Origin: Trichoplax adhaerens
Lineage: Eukaryota; Animalia; Placozoa
DNA length: 64,000 nt
Assembly: GCF_000150275.1 (NCBI RefSeq)
Contig: NW_002060956.1
Location: forward strand, 1,424,280 to 1,488,279
Direction of reading: 5' to 3'
In this document: positions 53,820 to 64,000 of the stretch, piece after piece
How the letters are laid out: every line of letters starts with the position of its first letter
Numbering within the stretch: the stretch's first letter is position 1
Made by a program: the position numbers and the translations under genes
Notes under the pieces: model-generated
Seen by the model: the letters and a program-made list of their open reading frames with translations, nothing else
Told to the model about the DNA's origin: nothing
Database searches by the model: none

Positions 53820-56800
53820 AGTGATTTAGTCACGATGAAATCACTAATTGTTCTATGGTTAGAGATTATTCAAAATTACTAGTAGTCCTAAAGCATATGA
53901 TCATATTAATACTTTAGTATTTGTATTAACAGGTATTCTCGTATTGAAAATAAGATTAATATTAGGCGTTCTACTGTAGTATAATAATTTTAGACGCTAT
54001 TTCCAGCAATTGCATCATTGCGTTATAAACGTACTTTGTGTAAATTTCAACGTTTTTAATACTTAGTACTGACCATATGCGTATCGTATCTAGATAGTAT
54101 CTATTTCAAATTAGTAATAGAACTCATTAGGATTTAATCGTACTAATTAACTCTTAAAGTACAAGTTTCATTAACCCAGAATCATGTATAATCGTCAACG
54201 CTCTTGATACCGCGTCAATACCGATATGATTTTTTATAAATGTATGATTGTAGGCAATGATTCACGATCAAAGAATTAATCATATTTACTGTGTAATATT
54301 ACGTTGCTAGATAAATTTATTGCATATAGGAATAATTTGCGAGATCAATTGCATCAATCTGTAACGCAACATTTGTACTAGCACGCAAGGTTAGTGATAT
54401 AACATGGTGCTAATAGATTTGATATCTATGGATAAGAGAATGTTTGGTAATGAGGGCTAAGAATATTGTGTCCAATCTGTCTTTAAGATTATGAAATGAA
54501 ATCGAATTTTAAGGGGCTAAAATATTTTTAAGTTATCAACATTGTGCGTCGATCACACTTTATGTGAAGCTGCGGTTTAACACGGAATTAAAGTTTTAAA
54601 CCCTAAGCAAATGATAGTGCTACGATATATGCATAGAACGCATACATGTCTCACTTATTTAACATAGCGTTTTTTACCTGGCACTACGTTGTTATAGCAT
54701 TGCCATTGTTCTATTTTATTACTCGTTTTGAATTGCAACCTGTAAAACCATGGATGCACTGTAATCTTTAAGAAGATGATACTCCAAAAAATATACTAAC
54801 ATCCATTAATTACTAAACTAGCAATGCAGTAATGAGGTTATCTTTAATTTTTGACACCAGTCCTTCTGATTGGACTTGTTACTGTATATCACACATAATT
54901 ACACATTTTGTATTGAAATGTTTACCTAGCTCATTGATTATATTACCGTTAACTGGGTTGAATTTTAAAAGAATGATTCTTAAGCCGTAATTAAAATTAG
55001 ATGAATAAGATATGCGTCTATTTAACCGTGTTTATGTATATTTATGATTCTATGCAAGAGCAGATCAGTAAAATATATACGTTTATGCGTATTTAACTTA
55101 GAATAAGTCCTGAATAACTGAATCACAAACCATATTCGTGTGTTCATGTTTTAACGATGTGCGCTTAGATAGTTGTATAAGCATACATAGGTATTACGAT
55201 AGTAGCAAAGTAGAGCAGTAACGAAGTCTATTGTGCTATACCGGACTATCTCGTATACTCTCTACTCATATAGTTGGACCGCTGATATTACTGGTGTAAA
55301 TAAGTTGTCAACATGACTATAAAATGGACATCAGATATTGATTTGGCTCGAAAATGTAAAGATTGATCGTTATGTATGTATAATAAGTCAATGATGGTTC
55401 TATTTGCATGGTACTACGTAAACTGTCGTACTTACTGTTAAAAATTAATTATTATACTGTATAATATGATTTCTCACGAATGTTCCAGGCTAAGTATGAG
55501 TAGTGAGTAGTGACTTGATGTTTCAAAAGGCCGTCTATGAGCATTAACAGCTCAGTTTAATAATTAGAAAGTTATTTTTAGTTTTGTTTTATTCTTAACA
55601 GAAATGATGCGTACAATATCGTACGTATTCCAGTAGAGGCTGTTGTTAATTAATTACGTAATTATACTGGGGATCATACGCGTAAATGTTAATGATAATT
55701 TCAATCGTCCGTGCTTACAATGGCATCGAAATTACAGTACCTTGATCATATATATGTCTACTGTACAGTTATTCATGCATACTGAACAGTACAGTATACG
55801 AATACGGTTAATTAATAGTACGAGTATCAACATGCACAAATTAGCAGTAATAATATAAAGCCGTAGTTTGTTTGTGGAGAAATGCTGTTCAAACTGAGTA
55901 AATGAGCATTACAGCCAAGGTCCATGTAGACTACTTCATGCTGTAATGTGTGCTAGAGAATACTATTATATTACTGTGCTGTACATATTGGGATCGCTTG
56001 ATGATCCGCCTATAGGTCATGATTGTAAGAATTTTTCTCTTTAACTTAATGTACAATATTTGAACTCTGTTACAACTTCCAAATTTTGTAACAAGTACTA
56101 GATCTGCACTCAGCAAGGAGACCCAGTAATTAAGTTGAAGAACTAACTTTATTGTTAAAATAATGAGTTTATATACTTTCTTTATTGTGACCTTTGATCT
56201 ACTGGCATAGATCACAAGATCATCACTAAGAGAAAGGTTTCCCTAGTTTAGACATTACAAATAGGATATCATACCGAGTATGGCAACATGAGAATACATC
56301 TATAGATAAGCTTAATATAGTACCATAACTACATCAAAATATACGCATGACGTGATAATAACATCGTGATATTTAACCATATATAGAAAGAAGGTAACAT
56401 ACTAATTATGTAACTATTACAGAACGTGACAAACTCATAAAGGTAAAAAAAACTTCAAGGTTAAACTGGGTGAACTTACATAATTTTGAAAATTATTATT
56501 ATTTTTTTTTTTATTTTAAACAGTACTCTTACAGTAGAAAAAGCACCTCTACTGCACACTGTAGAGTACAGTACATTGCACGCTGTATAGTACTGTTCAG
56601 TATGCAGAAAAAATGTTCCAGTACAATACACTGTACTGTATTCTGTACAGTATTGTGCCAAATCATCATTACGCTTCAAATCGTGCAAGTCCTAGTTAGT
56701 CCAAGTGAATGAAGTGAAGTGATACGACGATAGTATGAGTGTGTGACGGTGACACCACCTGTACGACTGTACCGTACCGTACGTCAAATTTTCAAGAGAA

Positions 56801-56914
56801 ACAATGCGATGTTGTCTCATACGCCAATACCGAGTGATGCATCAACCACTTCAGTCGAAGAGTCCGTGCAGGCGAAAACTCACTTTGGCAATTCATTGAA
56901 TACGGAGAAGCAAG

Positions 56915-59900
56915 ATGGCCTCAAGTTCTGTCATTACTTGTAATTCTGATGTTGAATTTGAAAGGGAATTCAACAAAGCTGGAGAAAAGTTACTAGTGGT
57001 TGATTTTACGGCAACATGGTAAATATTCGGATATCATAGGGCCTTTGATATTGTATTCTTATTGTAGAAGAATAAGAAATGTTTAGCTGACTTGTTGCAA
57101 TACGTACCAGTGCAAGTATAGTACTGTATCAATAGCAGTGTGAAGCAAGTGAAGTTGTAGAACCTTTTCCCTGTCTTCTAAACGAAGCTGCCTTGTCCTG
57201 TGTATTAGTGGTTCTTTGCTGAGAATACCATTTATAATTTCATGAATTACTCCTATTATTTATTTTTACATAGTACTACCTTGAATATTGTATTCTTATT
57301 GTAGAAGAATAAGAAATGTTTAGCTGACTTGTTGCAATAAGTACCAGTGCTAGTACAGTACTGTATCAACAGCAGTGTGAAGCAAGTGAAATTGTAGAAC
57401 CTTTTCACTGTCTTCTAAACGAAGCTGCCTTGTCCTGTGTATAAGTGGTTCTTTACTGAGAATACCATTTATAATGTCATGAATTACTCCTATTATTTAT
57501 TTATACGTAGTACTACATTCTCTACAAGCTGTTTCGGAAAATTTATGATAATATATGGACTACACCGATTTTAAGTTAATTACTTGTCCGATGTCCTATC
57601 TCGTAGAATGCTATTAACCGACCATTCATACCATTCACGGTATATTCATTAATTATTATCACAAGGACTCCATAGCGTCAAATCATTTTTCATTCTGACA
57701 ATAGTAGTACAAGTTGAACACCATTTGACCACTTAGTCTATGAAGAATTGCCAGGCAAGGAGTTATTGTAGCGTTAAATCAACTCAAAAAAATTGTCAAA
57801 ATCAATATCAGGATGCCATTGTACAGTACTTTACAATCCAGCGTATCGGGACACTGTACTTTTAGTGTTGCTACTGGCTGCGACTATACTGTATATATAA
57901 AGAAGGATAAGGTTATCGTCTACAACCAGACTTGCACTAGTTGCTACTGGCTTCAGCATGAGCAAGATAAATAATTAGCCAATAAGTTAGTATAATAATA
58001 TCATAAAGTCCAAAAAATAGAGAAATAATAATCATAGTAATTCTCCAAGACATGGTTTTCGGTTAAAATGTAATGCAGAGGATGTAGCACTTCCAGTAAC
58101 TGCCAATGCCTACTACAATATAGGAAGACGGATACAGTTTTAGCTTACTTTTCTAGTACATCGGTGCAGGACTGTTAGTACTTGCTATTGGTTACTGTAT
58201 GAAGAGTAATCAATCACTGACTGACTAGAACATTAACTTAAGCCCAAAAGTAGCACAATCACTAACTTGGTGATACTCCAAAATGGAGTTATACTGTACT
58301 GTAATTTACAATCTAGTACTTTGGTATAGATCTTTCAGTGTAATGCTTACGCTTACTATAGCATGTGTACGCGTACAAAAGCAACCAAATGCTAGTACAG
58401 TAGATGATACAGTTTTAAATGTCAATATTACTCTTGCTTTGCAGATATTTTTAGACTAGATTCTATCTTCAGTTAATTCTATAAATTAAAATGCATTTCG
58501 TAATCAGCCTTTATTATGCTTACTATATCTAGGTGTGGACCATGTCGTCAAATGGCACCTATATTTGCAGCGTTAAGTAATAAATATAAAGGTTCCACGA
58601 TTTTTTTATCTGTTGATATTGATAAATGTCAGGTTAGTTTGAGCTTTTGGATAGAAAAATAATGTACTAATTAAAATTACCATGCTATCTATCTATATTG
58701 TATATCAATACTGTGTGTATGTGTTCGTGCCTCATTTCATTCACAGTTTACATACATTAAGCCATCATAATTTACTCATAAAGCAGAATCTCAAGATAAA
58801 TCAACACGTATAAGTCTGCTACTATAAATAATCGTAATACTGTACAGTGTACGGTATTGTATTATACTCCTAATGCATGCAAATTTTAATTTACTAACTT
58901 ATTATATATATATCGGATATTCAGTCTACTTGGTAGATTATTATCTCCTGTCTGGAATTAGTCCATATGAATGTAAAACTATTGGACATAATAATAACAA
59001 AATCTGTCCTTTACATACCGTTCTTAGTACTATCAACTCCGAAGTCTGCACTCTTTGATATCGTTCCGATGAGATTGCTAACATTATAATCCATCGAGTA
59101 ATAGGGCTTTATTTGTTCGTTAACTGTATAAATAAAATAAAATGCATAAAAGATAATTTCTCATGGAAAATATTTCAAGTAACCGTACAATTTATATTCA
59201 ATCAGAATACTGCTGAAGCGCAAGGCATCCGTTCAGTACCGACATTCCGATTCTTTAAGAATAAAGCTAGAATTGATGAAGTTAGTGGTAGTCAAGCTGG
59301 GCTATTGGAAGAAAAAATTAAGCAGCATGGTGGAAGCAGTAACTCGTCTAGCAGTTCAACGAATGAGCATGAAAGTCCTGTATCTGGCTTTGTAAGTAAT
59401 AGTTTTACAACTTATAAAATTCGCTAAGGGTGATAGTACTGTATAGGCGTAAATATTCAATTTCTACCCCCAATATAATACTACTACGATCAGATGTCAG
59501 TTGAAAATGCTATTCTTAAATCTTTAAATTTCGTTATGACTATTTTTAGTCGTTTGGCTTGCATTATTTGTTGTATCGGAATATAATTTGATAAATAAAT
59601 TATTGACTGTGTCCAGGTAAACTTATATTCTGCTATAAATCTATCGAACTGCGAGTGTTTAAATGAAAATGATGATCATCCATTTAAGAATGCATTGACG
59701 AAAAGCGCATTATACCTAGAAAGTGATTGTGATGAACAGGTAAGAAAATATCTTATATTGTGTTTTATCAACTTAGAATTGATTTAAATAGCTTGAAATC
59801 TTCCAGGATTTTCAAATGATACAATGTAACAGATCGTAATGATATACTGATTAATTATCAGGCAATGAAGTATATTTTTATTACTAGTTCAGTGTTTAAT

Positions 59901-61133
59901 TATGGCTTATTTTGTCATTATAGCTATTAATTTATATAGCATTCCAGCAGCCCGTCAAGATTCATTCCATTATTTTAAATGCTCCTGATGATGGTCAGCT
60001 GTAGCACAATTAAACATATACTATTTAAATATGGAAGCACGACTAATTATTAGCTAAAATTTTTGCTTGCTATTGTAACCTAATTATTTCTTATCAATTT
60101 TTTAGGTAGAGCACCAAAGATAGTGAAATTGTTTACAAATCAAACGGTATCATTAGATTTCGACAAAGCAGAAGCAAAACAGTCTACTCAGCAATTTGAG
60201 TAAGGAATTGACGTTAATTATCTATACAGTAACACATTTTCCATATTTTGCAGTAGTTTAACTGTAAGCCTTAAAATTTACGTTTTGTAATTTGCTATCA
60301 ATCATATCAGTAATTCCTAAATTCTTTTCAGATTAACGGGGGAAGATGTATCTGAAGGAAATGTTATTAACCTTCGCTACGTCAAATTTCAAAATGTTGA
60401 AAATATAACGGTACACTATAATGCCGCTTAATCAGCACTTATTGAATGATTAGTATGATTTATAATAAATTTATTTGGCAGTTGAGATTATTCATATCAG
60501 ATTAACTCAGACTTCATATGTGTTAATATTATTAAAATTCGAGTATGCGCAATTAGTATAGTACGGTTTGATATATAGTTGTTATATTTATCATATAATT
60601 CTATACGTGTGTCTTAGATTGTCCATACTCATATCTAGTTGTTTTTCTCCATTTATTTTAAATCAAAATACATGTAGAAGAAAGCTTACAAATAGTTTTT
60701 TATATCCCTTTAGCTATTCGTTAAAAATAATCAAGGTGGAGATGATATAACTGTAATCAACCATTTGGCATTTATTGGAAATTTAATCGACAAAACTGAC
60801 ATGAGCAGTTTTAAACGCGTAAGTGTAGCTATTTCTTATCTTTTACAACATCTATACCATATGTGTCAACTTAGTAGTAACCAAACAAACTATTTAAGTG
60901 GTCTCAATATTAAATTATTACCTAAATGTCATCATTATACTATCTTTCTCTGATTAAATCAAAACTTTTATTAATATAAACAAAATTTACATAGTAATAA
61001 AATACATGGGCTACCATAGTAGCAAAACAGGTCTTAATTGTAATAAAATATTTGTGGATAGGCGAATGCTTTGAATTTAATAAGAAGACAATTTGTTTTG
61101 TAGGTCGCTGGTAAACCAGGCGAAAGCCATTAA
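56915..61133 (+). CDS. TXNL1: Thioredoxin-like protein 1 (thioredoxin + PITH domain), about 10 exons
   Basis: LLVVDFTATW|CGPC active site split by an intron. PITH motifs CECLNENDDHPF, LESDCDEQL, LRYVKFQNV, LFVKNNQG; ends FKR|VAGKPGESH*. AATAAA at 61270. Confidence 0.96.
57048..57516. repeat. Two-copy tandem duplication (237 bp) in TXNL1 intron 1
   Basis: ATATTGTATTCTTATTGTAGAAGAATAAG starts at 57048 and at 57285. Confidence 0.96.
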
Positions 61134-61849
61134 AGTTTTAGCAAATATGAATTCAAACGGGCAATTCGTAGGAGTTATTACGCAATACCATGTGACAATG
61201 GTGGAACTTATTCATTAATTTTGTACAAGTTAATGAACACCTATTTTAGTAGCGACCATTTATACTTCCAATAAAATATAACACTGTTCATAAATATGCT
61301 GTGTTGTACAGTGATTACGTAAGGTTTTCTAACAATTATATAATTAATTAATCCGGATAAAGTTTGTAACAGTAAATACCAAACATTCGTAAGCAACAAA
61401 ATGTACAATTAAAACAACACCAATTGATCTCTTGCGGCAATTTATCGCAAGACAGCGTGTAAGCTATTACATTATTTCTCGAAACTGCCGGATTGTAGAA
61501 GTAGCACAGTTAATAATAATGTATGTAATCATCTACGTAATTATAATACATGTAATTATTTGTAGATGATTTAGTTCTTGATAGATAGTAATTAATTTAT
61601 CAGGTTTGGTATAGAGATACTCTTTTTAAGATTTGTATTGTTGGCAGCGATCCAGCTGTGCAGATTATTTATAGAATATTGCAGGTGTACGTTGACATAC
61701 AGTGGCAATTATGCAACGCACGTTGACTTACAGTATGCAATTATGTATTGCAATATAGATGACAAAATTTCATAATAAATAGTTTATTAAGCTTCTACTC
61801 TCTGAAGATATATTTTCAGCATGTACAATGAGTCGAATGATGTGCAGTA

Positions 61850-64000
61850 TTAGCTCAAGTTCTTCAGCATACTAGATAGTTGCTGCCCTATCGACTGACT
61901 TAAGAGATTGCTATTCGATTTGATCCATATTTGTATCATGTCATTACCAGCTTGGCAGTGTATTAAAGCAGTATTTGATAACTGCACTAACCTGCCCGCA
62001 CCAATAATTTCATTTCCTAGTAAGAAAGAAGATAGAAGGAAATTATAAAGATAATAGAGATAGTACGATATCTCCGATCAATACAAGGGTGAACTTATGT
62101 AAAGATACCAGTACACTAAATATCAAGCATGTACAGGAAAAGCTGAATTGCACGATACCTATGGTTTCCACTACTTTTACATTACATTTCCTTTCTAATA
62201 TATTTTCACATTCTGACACTAGATTCGTTATAGAGATTCGATTTTGTTGATGTTTATAATCATGTGCCATTGATATCCACCTTTGTTCAAATGCTGCAGT
62301 CGATAAATTAAGCGGTCTAAAAACGGGAAAAGATCACAACGATGAACTTAGTTATACTGCATTACAGAAATTTGTATTTGACTGCAAAGTACCAGTGCTA
62401 ACAAGTAATCTTAGTTGAGAATGTGTGTGTTACACTTTAAATCTGATTGTAACGATTAGAAGATGATATATCTTTTATCATTGATTAGATACTCTTTTAT
62501 ATCTTACACCGCGCCTACCTAATTACATCGAATATAGAAATAGAATAATTAAAAAAATGACGCTGTAAGGAGTTTGTTACTGGGCTGAAGCAGGATATAT
62601 TTCCTGACAAGCTAAGATTTAGCGATGGAATAAGTAATACCAGCTCCAACTCATGAAACGCCTAGATTAGTGTAAAATTACGTATATAATCGATCATAAC
62701 ATGCCAACTCTTACAGTAATATAAGTTATCCTAAACCGTATATGTCAAACATTAATCTAGCAGAAATACATACGGATTCGCCGATATCTAAGTTGTCTAT
62801 AAAATTGGGGTTTTCCATTTTTTTCTCATTAACGGCACACTGTATATCAGGTTATAACATTATGACATAAAGATACTATAGGTGAAACATTTATCATGCG
62901 TAGATCATGAGTATGAAATAATTAAAACAGTCTTAACGATGTTCTACCTGAATACCAGATGACGGTTTAAGGACTGTACTGATTTTATTGTATTGCTTAT
63001 CGGCCTGATTCGCTATGGCTAAAACAATTATAAACGCGTCTTCTTTCCAAACTTTCATGAGAGCAATTCTTAACTTACCAAAAGAGGGTGTTGACTAGTA
63101 ACAGAATTGCGGGAATAATTAAATTGTAATACCGAATACTAGTAAACAATATTTGAATTTAAAGACTCTAGCTAACACTTACCAAGACATCAAGATTGCC
63201 GTGAGGAAATGATAGTAATTCCGCAGGAAACAGTTCGCGTTCAATAGAAATGGTGGAATCAGTTAAATCGTCTAGAGGATTCTGTATTGATCGATCAGCA
63301 ACAGGATTCGCACTCATTGGACTCGGATTATTTTCAAGATCGAGAAGTTGATTCTTTTCGACATCAATTAATTTTTCCAAATATCTACTGTTTTCGTTAG
63401 TATTTAATTGCTCTTCGGTGATCTTTATATTTTCTATAGATAAGTTTATTAGATTAGATTCAGTAGAATTATCGCCAATCAATAAGTCGCTTGCTGGTTT
63501 GGGAGATTCGTATGGTTCCGCAGAGTTAATGCCTGCAGATAACGTGACTTCACTCGCTGTGGTAGAACTTTGATCGTTCACTCTATTTCTTTCATCCTTA
63601 GCCGCCGGTGCTAAAGACTTTATGTCGTCTGAATCAAATCCAACAAACAGAGCTGATGCGATGCGTTTTTTCTCTTCTAATTCATAATTGGGTTTATTCT
63701 GCAAAATCTATATCAATTAAATTTAAACCCTAGATTAAAATTTATACGTGCTTTAACATAACGGCTTTAGTTTATATGATCATCCCTCATTTTACCGTTT
63801 GGCTAGGTGGTTCTTCGATATTGGAAAGATTTTCTTCTTTACTAATATATTACATTATTAATAAGAACGCATGTGTAAGTAACGGCACATCCTGAAAATC
63901 GTTAAGAGAAAGCTTACATTTGTAAATCAATTAATTTTAATGTAGTCATCAAGTACTAACGCTTTCTTTTCGATGTCTTGACCACCTAAAGGAGCCTGTA
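61850..64000 (-). CDS. AP4E1: AP-4 complex subunit epsilon, 3' exons only (hinge and appendage); gene continues beyond the window
   Basis: EEKKRIASALFVG, MKVWKEDAFII, IRPLNLSTAAFEQRWISMAHD and VKVVETIGNEII...ALIHCQ...IWIKS...* match my recollection of the AP-4 epsilon C-terminus. GT-AG introns. Confidence 0.8.

Overview
AT-rich, intron-dense eukaryotic (animal) genomic DNA, not prokaryotic. The compact introns, composition and gene content fit a basal metazoan such as a placozoan (Trichoplax-like); this is an inference, not a database result. By manual splicing I reconstruct 11 protein-coding genes: an HDGF/LEDGF-like PWWP+IBD protein (-), TMED7/p24-gamma (+), a calmodulin-like protein (+), AP-3 sigma (-), carnosine N-methyltransferase (+), an unrecognised secreted precursor (-), a divergent GnT-like glycosyltransferase (+), CELF/Bruno (-), Smad4 (+), TXNL1 (+) and the 3' part of AP-4 epsilon (-). 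More than a dozen independent local tandem-repeat or duplication families lie between and inside genes. The best novelty candidate is the 4-exon gene at 28890-29947. It encodes a signal peptide, a very acidic propeptide (about -34) and a charge-matched cationic (about +30) His/Pro/Arg-rich, 8-Cys mature region, which is an antimicrobial-peptide or toxin precursor architecture. The ORF track shows only part of it. Other notable signals: TACAGTA/TACTGTA clusters at promoters, a 52-bp near-perfect palindrome, an intronic satellite that supplies a splice acceptor, and a frame-preserving repeat ORF. All exon boundaries were read by eye and need transcript confirmation.
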